Source of the DNA: a virus
Lineage: Duplodnaviria > Caudoviricetes
Reading direction: 5' to 3' (one strand)
IMG/VR virus record: IMGVR_UViG_2974767555_000001
Location: 11,688 to 75,687 of that record
DNA: 64,000 nucleotides
The translations under genes and the position numbers were made by a program. Shown piece by piece: positions 36,639 to 46,166 of the stretch. Each line of letters starts with the position of its first letter. Position 1 is the stretch's first letter. Below the pieces are notes generated by a model. It was not told where the DNA came from. It was given only the letters and a program-made list of their open reading frames with translations, and did not search any database.

Positions 36639-36994
36639 CGAGCAGTCGCAAGGAGTTCCCGATGGCCACCGTCCTGACGGTGGTCACCGGGACCTTCCTG
36701 GTACCCCTCCAGCAAGTCCAGGACCTGGTGCAGCACATGACCGGTGGACCGGTCCCACCCCACCTGATCAGGCAGGCATCGCGGGCGTGCCGCGACTACC
36801 TACGCGAGCAGTACGGGTGGATGGCCGGGGTGTCACTGAACCCCGACGAGGAGGACAGCGCAAAGTGGTTGGCCTACTGGGAGAAAGAGCGCGGGGCCAC
36901 GATGGGTGTCCCGGTCATGCCCCAGGGTCGGTTTGTCATCGCCGACCCCATCGCCGAGTTCGCCAAGGCTGGCGGGTTCGGGGGTGACCAGTGA
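36635..36994 (+). CDS. Hypothetical protein
   Basis: Coupled overlaps; VLTVVTGTFL...HMTGGPV. Confidence 0.7.
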   Translation: MTSSRKEFPMATVLTVVTGTFLVPLQQVQDLVQHMTGGPVPPHLIRQASRACRDYLREQYGWMAGVSLNPDEEDSAKWLAYWEKERGATMGVPVMPQGRFVIADPIAEFAKAGGFGGDQ

Positions 36995-37290
36995 CCTCGT
37001 TTAGCGATCTGTTCCCGCAGGCCAGCGGCAACAAGCTGCACTTCCGGGGTGATGTCGTCGCCGAGGTGATGGCCCGCCCCAGCTACGGCCCCGATCTGCA
37101 CGGGGCGCGGTATGCCCCAGTGTCGGCCACCCACGACGAGGTGACCGACACAACCACGGCCATCTTCCGGCCAATCCCACGCCCACAGAAGGAATCGCAT
37201 GTACATGGAACTGCTCAAACCCATTCTGGCCCAAGCCGTTCACAGCGGCGTGCGGCTGCTCGCCGAGCACGCCACAAACGCCGTCGATGA
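36991..37290 (+). CDS. Hypothetical protein
   Basis: GTGA-coupled start; overlaps the next ORF by 92 nt. Confidence 0.6.
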   Translation: MTSFSDLFPQASGNKLHFRGDVVAEVMARPSYGPDLHGARYAPVSATHDEVTDTTTAIFRPIPRPQKESHVHGTAQTHSGPSRSQRRAAARRARHKRRR

Positions 37291-37633
37291 GGTGTTGCGG
37301 GTCGGCCAGTCGTGGGGTGATCGCATCAGCGACACCCTCGACGGTCGCCCCCTGGTAGACCGGCCCGTCGCCGACCCGGTGGAGATGACTGCCGAGGTGG
37401 TGATGGCCACCTACCGCAACGGGAACGGCAATCGCTGGACCGACGAGCTGGACTGGTTGTGGCGCATCGACCGCGAACAGATGCTGTCACTGCTGGATGA
37501 CGTGATGGACAACGGGATTCGCAACCCCATCGTCGCCGGGAGTGACGGTCGCCTGTGGGATGGCCACCGCCGTGTGGCCGTCGCTGCCGCCCTTCAGATT
37601 CCGCTGATGGTCCAAGTGATCAAGGGGGACTGA
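37199..37633 (+). CDS. ParB/Srx-like domain protein
   Basis: GIRNPIVAGSDGRLWDGHRRVAVA; RBS AAGGA. Confidence 0.75.
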   Translation: MYMELLKPILAQAVHSGVRLLAEHATNAVDEVLRVGQSWGDRISDTLDGRPLVDRPVADPVEMTAEVVMATYRNGNGNRWTDELDWLWRIDREQMLSLLDDVMDNGIRNPIVAGSDGRLWDGHRRVAVAAALQIPLMVQVIKGD

Positions 37634-38019
37634 TGAGCACCGACATCAGCGGCACGTTCGACTTCGGTGGTCGCCCGTATCACCTGCTGGGGTACACCGA
37701 CCCCGAGGGTGTCCAGCGGGCGGTGGTGACCGATGGCGACGAGATGTGGTCGCCGGTCGCCAGCGACGGGGGTCAGTGGGTGGCCATCTGTGATGGCTGC
37801 CCCACCACCTGGAACGCCGACTACGGCTACCACAAGAAGCTGGAGTGGGCGTTCCCGGGTACCGAGGAGGGTCGCCAGATGGCCGAGGATTTCGCGGTGC
37901 GGCACCACGGTTTACAGGGCCACAAGGTCAACGTGGTGACCCGCACGGAGTTCACGTTCAAGCTGTACGGCGACGACAACCCGGCGCTGTCGTACCTGCT
38001 GCCGGATGGTGATCAGTGA
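37633..38019 (+). CDS. Hypothetical protein
   Basis: Coupled overlaps; CDGC...HH. Confidence 0.7.
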   Translation: MSTDISGTFDFGGRPYHLLGYTDPEGVQRAVVTDGDEMWSPVASDGGQWVAICDGCPTTWNADYGYHKKLEWAFPGTEEGRQMAEDFAVRHHGLQGHKVNVVTRTEFTFKLYGDDNPALSYLLPDGDQ

Positions 38020-38219
38020 CGGGTGACCAGATCGTGGACGCGCTGGCCCAGGCCCGGGTGGAGCGGGGTTGGTCGCAGAGTCGGATGGCCAAGCAGCTGC
38101 ACGTTTGGCAGTCGGGCCTTTCGATGATCGAGACCGGTCAGCGCCGCCCCACCCTGGACACGGTGGTCAGCTACGCCGACGCCCTGGGTTACGACCTGGT
38201 GTTGGTGCCACGCCGATGA
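38016..38219 (+). CDS. XRE helix-turn-helix protein
   Basis: ARVERGWSQSRMAKQLHVWQSGLSMIETGQRRPTLDT. Confidence 0.85.
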   Translation: MTGDQIVDALAQARVERGWSQSRMAKQLHVWQSGLSMIETGQRRPTLDTVVSYADALGYDLVLVPRR

Positions 38220-38368
38220 CCGACACCTGGAACGAGGAGTGGCGCAGCGCGGTTCGCGCCATGACCGAGGTGGAGCGTGAGGTTGCCGCCGACAGTCACC
38301 GCGCCGCCGTGGGTTTGGCCGGCGACCGTAGCGATGCCTACGACAACATGCCCCGGGGGCGTCGGTGA
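38216..38368 (+). CDS. Small hypothetical protein
   Basis: ATGA/GTGA coupling on both sides. Confidence 0.5.
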   Translation: MTDTWNEEWRSAVRAMTEVEREVAADSHRAAVGLAGDRSDAYDNMPRGRR

Positions 38369-38505
38369 CACCGAAAGAGCTGCGGCATGAGCGCTATCTG
38401 GCCAACCCGCGCCGCTGTGTCGATTGCGGGAGCGACCCATCAGCCGGTCGCCCCCGCTGCGACGACTGCCACAAGGACTACATGAAACGAGGAGCCACAC
38501 AATGA
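38365..38505 (+). CDS. Small Zn-finger peptide (46 aa; not in the ORF track)
   Basis: CVDCG...PRCDDCH; coupled both sides. Confidence 0.55.
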   Translation: MTPKELRHERYLANPRRCVDCGSDPSAGRPRCDDCHKDYMKRGATQ

Positions 38506-38852
38506 CCATGCTCGATGACCTGACCGCCGTCCTGGACCGCCAAGATGTCAGGGCTGCAACGGAATTCGCTGACAAGCACTTGGTGGACGGCAAGCTGCTG
38601 GTCACCCCGCGCCAGCTTGCGGAAATCAAGCGGATCGCGGGGGCGACCGATGATCGACTGCACAACTGGTGGGAGCCGAACCTGACCAGCCGGTCGTCCC
38701 TGGCCAACATCCCGGTGGTGGTGGTCAAGGACGACGGTCAGGCCCACCCCATCGGCAACGGTCGGTGGGCCGTCGTGACCCACGACGGGATCTACGTGTT
38801 CACCCCACCGGCCAATCCCTTTGGGGAGCAAGGAGGCAACGATGCCCAGTGA
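38502..38852 (+). CDS. Hypothetical protein
   Basis: RBS GAGGAG; MTMLDDLTAV... Confidence 0.65.
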   Translation: MTMLDDLTAVLDRQDVRAATEFADKHLVDGKLLVTPRQLAEIKRIAGATDDRLHNWWEPNLTSRSSLANIPVVVVKDDGQAHPIGNGRWAVVTHDGIYVFTPPANPFGEQGGNDAQ

Positions 38853-39297
38853 CTGCGTGAAACCCGAAGAGCACTATCGCCGGGTCCGGGCGTTGATCGC
38901 GGCGGTGACGGAAACCGTACGCCAGCACCAGGTCCGGTACCTGAAGGACGGGATGACGGTCTACCTGGCCGTCGAGGACGCCCGCCTGTTGGACGAGGAT
39001 TTCAACACCAGCGGCGGGTTCTTCCCCATCAGCCAGATCCAGCACGGTGATACGGGGTCGGTGATGGGGGTGCCGTTCATCGCTGACGAGAGCGTGAAAC
39101 CCGGTCGGGTGCTGGTCGGCTATGTCGTTGACGCCAAACCGAAACCGCCGACGCTGGGTGAGGACCAGGAGGTCACGGTGATCGACGCCCGCAGCAGGGC
39201 GTGGCGCGGGCAGGTGTCCGCTGTCAGCGACCCCGACGACCAGGGGCGGTACAGCGCGACGGTGTATTTCAACCACGGACCGATGAACGATGAGTGA
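38842..39297 (+). CDS. Hypothetical protein
   Basis: RBS AAGGAGG; MPSDCVKPEEH... Confidence 0.65.
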   Translation: MPSDCVKPEEHYRRVRALIAAVTETVRQHQVRYLKDGMTVYLAVEDARLLDEDFNTSGGFFPISQIQHGDTGSVMGVPFIADESVKPGRVLVGYVVDAKPKPPTLGEDQEVTVIDARSRAWRGQVSAVSDPDDQGRYSATVYFNHGPMNDE

Positions 39298-40201
39298 CCG
39301 GTCAGCCATCGAATGGACCGACGCCAGTTGGAACCCCGTCACCGGGTGTACCGAGGTGTCGCCGGGGTGCGATCACTGCTACGCCAAGGTGTTTGCCGAG
39401 CGGTGGCGCGGTACGCCGGATCACTACTACACCAACGGGTTCGACGTGATGCTGCGACCCGACAAGCTGGACCAGCCGGTCAGGTGGGCCAAGCCGCGGC
39501 GGGTGTTCGTCAACAGCATGGCCGATCTGTTCCACGCCGAGGTGCCCGACGACTACATCGCCCAGGTGTTCGGGGTGATGGCCAAGACGCCACAGCACAC
39601 GTTCCAGGTGCTGACCAAGCGCCACGCGCGGATGCGGCACCTGTTGGCCAGCATCGAGTTCCAGGCCCTGGTGTACAAGCACAGCGGGTCGATGACCTGG
39701 CCGCTGCCCAACGTGTGGGTGGGGGTCAGCGCCGAGGACCAGCAGTGGGCCGACATCCGTGTCCCAGCGTTGTTCGACACCCCCGCCGCCGTCAGGTGGG
39801 TCAGCGTCGAGCCGATGCTGGGACAGATCAAGCTGCCGTTCTGCAAGATCGACCCCAAGACGTACGCCGTCACCGGCCTGGACTGGGTGGTGGCGGGTGG
39901 CGAATCCGGTAGGGGCGCAAGGCCGATGCACCCCGTGTGGGTCCAGTCGCTGCGTGACCAGTGCGACCAGATGAATGTCCCGTTCCTGTTCAAGCAGTGG
40001 GGAGCGTGGGCACCAGCGCGCGGGGCGGGTCAGCCGACCGACCGGCTGGTGTTCCAGGACGGTCGGTCAATCCGGTTGGGGCACGCTAACCGCCGCACGT
40101 TGCAGCGCTGGGACTTCGTGGTCATGCGCGCCGGTACCAAGGGGGGCAACGGGCGGGTCCTCGACGGTCAGGTGCACGACGGCTACCCGGGGGTGGCGTG
40201 A
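39290..40201 (+). CDS. Gp37/Gp68-family (DUF5131) radical-SAM-like protein
   Basis: IEWTDASWNPVTGCTEVSPGCDHCYA (CxxxxxxCxxC), FVNSMADLFH, DWVVAGGESG, PFLFKQWG. Confidence 0.9.
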   Translation: MSDRSAIEWTDASWNPVTGCTEVSPGCDHCYAKVFAERWRGTPDHYYTNGFDVMLRPDKLDQPVRWAKPRRVFVNSMADLFHAEVPDDYIAQVFGVMAKTPQHTFQVLTKRHARMRHLLASIEFQALVYKHSGSMTWPLPNVWVGVSAEDQQWADIRVPALFDTPAAVRWVSVEPMLGQIKLPFCKIDPKTYAVTGLDWVVAGGESGRGARPMHPVWVQSLRDQCDQMNVPFLFKQWGAWAPARGAGQPTDRLVFQDGRSIRLGHANRRTLQRWDFVVMRAGTKGGNGRVLDGQVHDGYPGVA

Positions 40202-40665
40202 TGGGTGCGACCGACCCCTACGGGCTGGACCCGGGTTGTCCCATCATCCCGTGGGTCCACACCCCGAAGGTGTGCAACCGCTGTGGTGTCGCGCTGACGG
40301 GTCGGCGAACCCAGTGGTGCAGCAAGCAGTGCGAGCTGGTGTTCCGCGAGAACCACGATTGGAACCTGGCGCGGCGCGCGGCGCGTCGGCGCGACGGCCA
40401 GCGGTGTGTGCGGTGCGGAAGCGACGGCATCCCACGGGTGTTCGTCGCGGGCCAGCAGGTGGAGGTGCGGTTCGACACCAGCGCGTGGAGCCGACACCAC
40501 CCGCTGCTGGAGGTCAACCACAAGACGCCGCGCGAGGGTCGCGGCTACGCGTGGGGGTGCCACCACCACCTGGAGGGACTGGAGACGCTGTGCCGCCCCC
40601 ATCACCAGGTGGAGACCAGGAAGCAAGCGGCCCAACGCCGAGCGCGACAGGCGGTGTCGGCGTGA
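40198..40665 (+). CDS. HNH endonuclease-like protein
   Basis: RRRDGQRCVRCG...LEVNHKTP...LETLCRPHH. Confidence 0.75.
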   Translation: MMGATDPYGLDPGCPIIPWVHTPKVCNRCGVALTGRRTQWCSKQCELVFRENHDWNLARRAARRRDGQRCVRCGSDGIPRVFVAGQQVEVRFDTSAWSRHHPLLEVNHKTPREGRGYAWGCHHHLEGLETLCRPHHQVETRKQAAQRRARQAVSA

Positions 40666-41024
40666 GTGATACCGACCTGTGCCAGTGCGGTCACGTCAAG
40701 CGCGCTGACCGTGACGGGATGCGGGGTCAGGGCCATTACGAGGGGCGTGGTCGGTGCCTGGCGTGCCTGTTGTGCGAGCAGGGTGCCGAATCGCATGTGC
40801 CGCAGCGCTGCGGGTGTCGGGTGTTTGAACCCGCGGAGCGCGTGACGGTCGAGCAGGCGATGACTGAGGGGGGTGTGCCGTGCATCTGCGGTGACCACTA
40901 CCTCAGCGGTCACGACCGACTCGAGGACGGGGGACGGTGCCGGGTTCGTCACCACGACGGCAGCCGCTGTGACTGCCCCGGGTACGAACCCGACCCTCGC
41001 TACATCAAGGAGGACAACGAGTAA
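40662..41024 (+). CDS. Cys/His-rich protein with two CxCG(H/D) modules
   Basis: CQCGH...C..C...CGC and CICGDH...C...CDC. Confidence 0.65.
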   Translation: MSDTDLCQCGHVKRADRDGMRGQGHYEGRGRCLACLLCEQGAESHVPQRCGCRVFEPAERVTVEQAMTEGGVPCICGDHYLSGHDRLEDGGRCRVRHHDGSRCDCPGYEPDPRYIKEDNE

Positions 41025-41959
41025 TGGCCGGGGCGAAAGACACACGGCTGTACGGAAAGTTCACGCTCGACTTTCCGCGCCACCCCAAGATCGCCATCCT
41101 GTCCGACGCTGCGTTTCGGTGTCTGGTCGAGGCGACGTTGTACTCGCGCGATCAACTGACTGACGGGTTGCTAGCACGTCGCTACGCGGTTGCTACGTGG
41201 GGGCTAGAAGTTCTCAACGAACTGTGCAACAACGACGACGAGAACCCGTCGCTGATCGAGGTCGAAAAGGGTTGGTTGATCCACGATTACGCCGAACACC
41301 AGGACACGAAAGCTGATGTTGAGGCACGTCGGGAACGCAACAAAGCTGCTGGTCAGAAGGGTGGTTTAGCGAAAGCTAAGCGCGCTGCTAAGCGACCCGC
41401 TAAGCGACCCGCTAGCAAGACGCTTAGCGAAAACGTAGCAGAGACAGAGACAGAGACAGAGACACATAAAGAACCCGCTAGCGCGGGTTCTACGCGCGCA
41501 CGCACACGTCGCCCGTCGATGTCGATCACGGAGCTGGCGACGGGTCGCCCGGAGACGCCCCCGCCCCCGGCACCGGCTGAGATTCAGCGCGGCGTACCGG
41601 CCACCAATGCGGCCCAACTGGTCGGGGAGGTACTGCCCAAGGGCCGGTATCAGCCCGCCACGCTGACCGAGGTTCGACTGCGGGTCGGTGAGCTATTGGC
41701 CGAGGGGAACGACGAGGCGGTCATCCGAAAAGCCGTCGAGCTGTGGGACGCCCGCGACAGCGGCGGTCCCGGCCTGATCCGGTCGCTGATGGCTGAAGCG
41801 GCCAAGCGGCTCAACCCCAACACCCACAACGTCGCCGCGCCGACCAAGCGCAACCGATACGACGAGAAGACCGCTGCCCACGCGGAGCTGTTCACCAAGT
41901 TGATGGCCGAAGCGGAGGGGCCGCAACCCAACACCCAACACCAGGAGCTGACCCAGTGA
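41024..41959 (+). CDS. Replication initiator-like protein
   Basis: DFPRHPKIAILSDAAFR...WLIHDY N-terminal winged-helix pattern; central repeat-rich linker. Confidence 0.7.
   Translation: MAGAKDTRLYGKFTLDFPRHPKIAILSDAAFRCLVEATLYSRDQLTDGLLARRYAVATWGLEVLNELCNNDDENPSLIEVEKGWLIHDYAEHQDTKADVEARRERNKAAGQKGGLAKAKRAAKRPAKRPASKTLSENVAETETETETHKEPASAGSTRARTRRPSMSITELATGRPETPPPPAPAEIQRGVPATNAAQLVGEVLPKGRYQPATLTEVRLRVGELLAEGNDEAVIRKAVELWDARDSGGPGLIRSLMAEAAKRLNPNTHNVAAPTKRNRYDEKTAAHAELFTKLMAEAEGPQPNTQHQELTQ
41366..41491 (+). repeat. Iteron-like repeats inside the initiator gene (candidate origin)
   Basis: GCTAAGCG x3 (two as GCTAAGCGACCC), GCTTAGCG, (GAGACA)x4, palindrome AGAACCCGC-TAGC-GCGGGTTCT. Confidence 0.55.
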
Positions 41960-42552
41960 CCGAAGACGATCCCAAGAAACCCACGATCCCCGAAAACCAG
42001 TACCCGCCAATCGCTATGGCCGTCTACCAGGCCTGCTTGAACTACGACCCGTACCTGCCGGAATCGCGGGAGGCGATGGTTCGCGCCTGGGCCAAGGTGT
42101 TCTTCAGGTTCCAGCTGACACTCAATGACCTGACCGCCGCCGTGGACAAGCTGTACGCCGAACGGGAGTCGGGGTTCAAGCCCCTGCCCGCCGACATCGC
42201 CAACGCGGCCCGCGCGCTGCGGCATGACCGGCGACAGCGCGAGGAGGCGACCGCAGCGTCCCGACCCGCGCTGACCGACGAGGAGGCCGAGCGCGCCGCA
42301 CGTGCCCGTATCGAGGCGATCAAGGCCCTAGCTGCCGAGAAGAAACTGGAGCTGGAGGAGAAACCCGCTCAGATCGGTTCTGCCGGGTCAGCGACCCATC
42401 TCGGGGGTAACCCCCTGGCGATCGCGTGCTCGTGGTGCAGGGCGTCGGCAGGGTCCCCGTGCGTGTCACCTGCAACTGGTCTCCGACTGACCCAGACCCC
42501 GTACCACCCCGCGCGGGTGGAAGCGGCCAAGAAGCTGGTGGGTGCCGAGTGA
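41956..42552 (+). CDS. Initiator-associated protein with C-terminal Zn finger
   Basis: Helicase-loader position; FKPLPADI; CSWC...PC...H. Confidence 0.6.
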   Translation: MTEDDPKKPTIPENQYPPIAMAVYQACLNYDPYLPESREAMVRAWAKVFFRFQLTLNDLTAAVDKLYAERESGFKPLPADIANAARALRHDRRQREEATAASRPALTDEEAERAARARIEAIKALAAEKKLELEEKPAQIGSAGSATHLGGNPLAIACSWCRASAGSPCVSPATGLRLTQTPYHPARVEAAKKLVGAE

Positions 42553-42938
42553 TGGCCGATGACCTGACCGACCAGCAGATCGCCGACGCCATCGCCGCGA
42601 TGGACGACCGATGGCACGGCGAGCCGGTCAGGTGCCAGTGTCCCGGGAAAGGCCACGGCGGCAGGGGATGCCAGGAGCCGGCCACCGTGGTGGTCGAACG
42701 TCACCTGGTGCATCAGTGCAAGAGCGACGAAGCCAACCAGTGCGGCAACCGGGTCGAGGTCCTGTGTCTGGGGTGTGCCCAGGACCTGTGGCTGGCGGCT
42801 CACTCAGCCCTCGCGGTGATGCACCGCGCTGCGGCCCGTACTGGTGCACCACCGATCTGCACGTCGTGTCATGAGCTGATCGTTCGGCCGTCCGACATCG
42901 TGCGGTCGGTCAAGCGCAACGACGAGGGGGTGCGGTGA
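42552..42938 (+). CDS. Cys-rich hypothetical protein
   Basis: CQC...C...HQC...CLGC...CTSC; TGATG coupling. Confidence 0.65.
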   Translation: MADDLTDQQIADAIAAMDDRWHGEPVRCQCPGKGHGGRGCQEPATVVVERHLVHQCKSDEANQCGNRVEVLCLGCAQDLWLAAHSALAVMHRAAARTGAPPICTSCHELIVRPSDIVRSVKRNDEGVR

Positions 42939-43213
42939 TGTGGAGGCGGGATCAGTTGCACAAGTACAGGATTCGCAAGGCTGACCCTGACGAGCAGCCA
43001 CCGTGGGTCAAGCAGCGGTTCGACCGTGACGCAAGCCGGTTCCACGGCGCGGCGGTTCACCCGCTGCCCCCCGCTGACCGGTGGTGGGTGTACGAACCGG
43101 GCAGCGTCGAGGTGTCGGCGTGCTGGCCGACCCACGCTGCCGCAGTGGAACACGTCAGGGGTCTGATCTGCCACCGGGTGGTCGGCGCGCACATGCGGAG
43201 GGTCGAGCAGTGA
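42935..43213 (+). CDS. Hypothetical protein
   Basis: Coupled overlaps. Confidence 0.55.
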   Translation: MMWRRDQLHKYRIRKADPDEQPPWVKQRFDRDASRFHGAAVHPLPPADRWWVYEPGSVEVSACWPTHAAAVEHVRGLICHRVVGAHMRRVEQ

Positions 43214-43779
43214 TCATCGCGGGGATCGACCCATCGCTGACGAGCGCCGGTATCGCGGCGTTCCGTGACGGTCGGGTGGCCAAGCTGACATCTGTTGGCC
43301 GCACAGGAAGCAGCAGCGAGGACTACGACGACCGGTCAGACCGCATCGACTACCAGTCGCAGCTGGTGGTGTCGAGTCTGCCGCGCGGGGTCGAGCTGGT
43401 GATGATCGAGGGGCCAGCGTATGACGCCAACTACGGCAGCCAGTTCGACCGGGCTGGGTTGTGGCACTTCATCTATCGCCGGTTGAAGATCGCCCGCGTG
43501 CCGACCGTGGTGGTGCCCCCGACGGTGGCCAAGAAGTTCGCCACCGACAACGGCAACGCCAGCAAGAAGCTGATGACCGCCGCCGCCCGGGAGGTGTGGC
43601 ACGACCTGCGTATCCGCAACGGCGATGAGGCCGACGCGCTGTGGATCGGCGCGTACGGGGTGGCCGAGGTCGGTGACTGGTTGCCGTTCGACCTGACAGA
43701 CAGCCAGAAGCTGGTGCTGAAAAAGAACAAGCTGGTGCCAAACAAGTTGGCCCACAACAAGAAACAAGGAGTCAAGTAA
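43210..43779 (+). CDS. RuvC-like Holliday junction resolvase
   Basis: IAGIDPSLTSAG, VMIEGPA, KKFATDNGNASK, DEADAL. Confidence 0.9.
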   Translation: MIIAGIDPSLTSAGIAAFRDGRVAKLTSVGRTGSSSEDYDDRSDRIDYQSQLVVSSLPRGVELVMIEGPAYDANYGSQFDRAGLWHFIYRRLKIARVPTVVVPPTVAKKFATDNGNASKKLMTAAAREVWHDLRIRNGDEADALWIGAYGVAEVGDWLPFDLTDSQKLVLKKNKLVPNKLAHNKKQGVK

Positions 43780-44147
43780 TGGAAGAGATCGGAGAGATCA
43801 ACCCGAAAGCAAGGGCCGTTGTCGAGCAGCTGGTCCAGTCGTTCTCGCCTGCGGCCACCGCGATGATGACCGAGGCCGCTGTCGCCCGGGTCCGGTACCC
43901 GGCGTTCAACAGCGCTCACGAGGGGTGGGCCGTGTTGTACGAGGAGGTGGACGAGATGTGGGACGAGGTGCGGGCCGACAACCTGGAGCGCGCTATCGCC
44001 GAGGCAATCCAGGTCGGCGCGATGGCGATTCGGTTTGTCACCGAGATGCGGCAACGGCTCCATGGGGAGCGCACGGTGACCAACCCGTTCACCGGGGTCA
44101 CTGACACGTACTACCGAACCGACCAGGCCGCAACGGAGGCCGAGTGA
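43779..44147 (+). CDS. MazG-like all-alpha NTP pyrophosphatase-family protein
   Basis: HEGWAVLYEEVDEMWDEV...EAIQVGAMAIRF. Confidence 0.6.
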   Translation: MEEIGEINPKARAVVEQLVQSFSPAATAMMTEAAVARVRYPAFNSAHEGWAVLYEEVDEMWDEVRADNLERAIAEAIQVGAMAIRFVTEMRQRLHGERTVTNPFTGVTDTYYRTDQAATEAE

Positions 44148-44180
44148 TGTCCAACGTGTCGCGCCAGTTCCACGTGGGGG

Positions 44181-44945
44181 GTGGACGCCTGGAACCTGGC
44201 CCCGGTGCCCAGCGACAGGCTGGCCAAGCTGATGCGGGAGGTGACCGCGTTGAACGGGCGTCATCATCGGCCTGACAACGGCGAGCAGCGATTCGGCGTC
44301 GTGACGATGCCCGAGGGCACCGTGTTCTGGAACCGCAGCCGGTGGTGGCGCACCAGCGAGAACGGGCTGCACCAGTTGATCGTGCCGCTGTGGCACGACG
44401 ACATTTGGCACGCCCACTACAACACCAGGGAGGACCGGGTGGCGGCGGCGGCCAAGTGCCAGTGCTACATCTGCCGTGCCCTGCTCGCTGACCCCGAATG
44501 GGTGGGGCTGTGGTCGCCCGACACACCCGAGTGGGACGGCTACTGCTGCGGGGGTGGGGCCAATCCTGGTCGCCACGAGTGGAACTGCCGCGTGCTCCGA
44601 CAGTGGCAGAACACCCGCGCCGCCCGACCGGCGATGTATCACTGTGAAGGCCCGTGCGGCAAGGCGTTCCCGTGGTTCGACCTGACGACGGTCAGCCAGT
44701 CACACACCACCAACGGGACCGTGTGGTTCGACACCGTGGGGTTGTGCCGGGAATGCTTCTGGCAGCGACGGATGCACGACAACGAGTCACTGCTGAAGGT
44801 GTTCGTGGCCGACCTGGGCGTGAACATCGAGACGCTGCTGTGGGTGCCGGTCGATGACCTGCCGGTCACCCCGCTGGGTGTGCTCGACCCGTCGTGGCAG
44901 GAGCTGGGGTTCATCGACCGCACCGGGGACCGCGATGGGGAATAA
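44181..44945 (+). CDS. Hypothetical Cys/Trp-rich protein (start uncertain; G6 tract)
   Basis: 254-aa ORF; the coupled ATG at 44147 is out of frame by one G. Confidence 0.6.
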   Translation: MDAWNLAPVPSDRLAKLMREVTALNGRHHRPDNGEQRFGVVTMPEGTVFWNRSRWWRTSENGLHQLIVPLWHDDIWHAHYNTREDRVAAAAKCQCYICRALLADPEWVGLWSPDTPEWDGYCCGGGANPGRHEWNCRVLRQWQNTRAARPAMYHCEGPCGKAFPWFDLTTVSQSHTTNGTVWFDTVGLCRECFWQRRMHDNESLLKVFVADLGVNIETLLWVPVDDLPVTPLGVLDPSWQELGFIDRTGDRDGE

Positions 44946-45687
44946 GCCGGTCGTGGCGCGCCCGCTGACGCCGCGCGAGCAGTGGCAGCGTGACCGTGAC
45001 CGGTACCTGGCGCGCAAGGCCCGCAACGAGTTCCTGTTGCTGCCCGGGTCGGCCCTGGTGATCGACACCCCACCCGTGGCCGTGTTGACCGACGGGGTGG
45101 TGGACAAGCCGCTTCAGACCCTCGACACCCGGCTGACCAGTCGCGGTGAGGCCGTGTTGAACAGCCTGCTGCTGTCGTGGGCCGACAGCTCGAACCGGCC
45201 CGTGGTCGAGCACTGGATGGCCCTGCAGCTACGGGGGATGGTCGCCGCGCCGGATGATCTGCCGCACAACCTGCGACCCGACGAGGGTGGGGCCTATTGG
45301 TTGTGCGGCAACGAGGTCTACCTGTGGACCGGGGGCCGGTACGCCATCGTGACCCTGCCCCCACCCGAACCGCAGCACGTGATCACCACCGACCGACCGC
45401 TGACCGGCGACCAGGTGGAGCAGGTACGGGACGCCTGGAACGGCACCCAACTTCAGACCTGGGGCGGGGAACTGGTTGCGGCACCACAACGGCCAGCACC
45501 GCCACCGGCACCGGTACGCCACGCCCGCTACTACCAGCAGCAGGACCTGACGGCAATCGGTCCCTGCCCCCGCTGTGGGGCCATCGACGTGCACTGGCTG
45601 CGACCACCTGAGCTGCCGCACCCGGAGCCGGAACCAGAAGTGATCAGGACGTGCCGCGACTGCGGCCAGGAATGGGGCGAGAAGTGA
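44935..45687 (+). CDS. Hypothetical protein with C-terminal zinc ribbon
   Basis: CPRCG...HW...RTCRDCGQEW. Confidence 0.7.
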   Translation: MGNKPVVARPLTPREQWQRDRDRYLARKARNEFLLLPGSALVIDTPPVAVLTDGVVDKPLQTLDTRLTSRGEAVLNSLLLSWADSSNRPVVEHWMALQLRGMVAAPDDLPHNLRPDEGGAYWLCGNEVYLWTGGRYAIVTLPPPEPQHVITTDRPLTGDQVEQVRDAWNGTQLQTWGGELVAAPQRPAPPPAPVRHARYYQQQDLTAIGPCPRCGAIDVHWLRPPELPHPEPEPEVIRTCRDCGQEWGEK

Positions 45688-46166
45688 CGACGACATTGAT
45701 CAACGGACGCAAGGTGATTCAGATTAGGGCCGGTGACAGTCTGGTGTACCTCCAGCGGGAGGGTCAGGACCGCAAGCGGCCCATGCTTTTTGACCTGGAG
45801 TACACCCACAAGGAGTGGATGAGGCTGGTCAACGGCACCGACCCGCTGTCGCCGGGGGACCAACTGTTCTTCCCCCACGACTTCGGCCAGGCGTGGGTCA
45901 GTGTCGAGCTGAAGACAGAGAAGCTGTGGGACTACTGGGCACAAACCGTATCCCGCCATTTTCCGGCCTACCCGATGACCTGCCCCGCGCTGACGGCCAC
46001 GTTCGCGGCGCGTGACACCTGCCTTTGTTGCGACACAAACGATCTGCACCACGTCGAGATGCCTGACCTGACACCGGATCCCGGTTGGGCGGTCATCTCT
46101 CGTCGCTATGTCCTGCGACAGTGCATTACGTGCGACAACCATTGGGAACAGGAGTGTCAGTGGTGA
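45684..46166 (+). CDS. Hypothetical protein with C-terminal zinc ribbon
   Basis: CLCC...H...RQCITCDNHW; coupled start. Confidence 0.7.
   Translation: MTTTLINGRKVIQIRAGDSLVYLQREGQDRKRPMLFDLEYTHKEWMRLVNGTDPLSPGDQLFFPHDFGQAWVSVELKTEKLWDYWAQTVSRHFPAYPMTCPALTATFAARDTCLCCDTNDLHHVEMPDLTPDPGWAVISRRYVLRQCITCDNHWEQECQW

Noticed and set aside
41441-41464. GAGACA microsatellite as a phase-variation switch
   Set aside because: The 6-bp unit keeps the frame (ETETETET linker), so slippage would not switch the gene.
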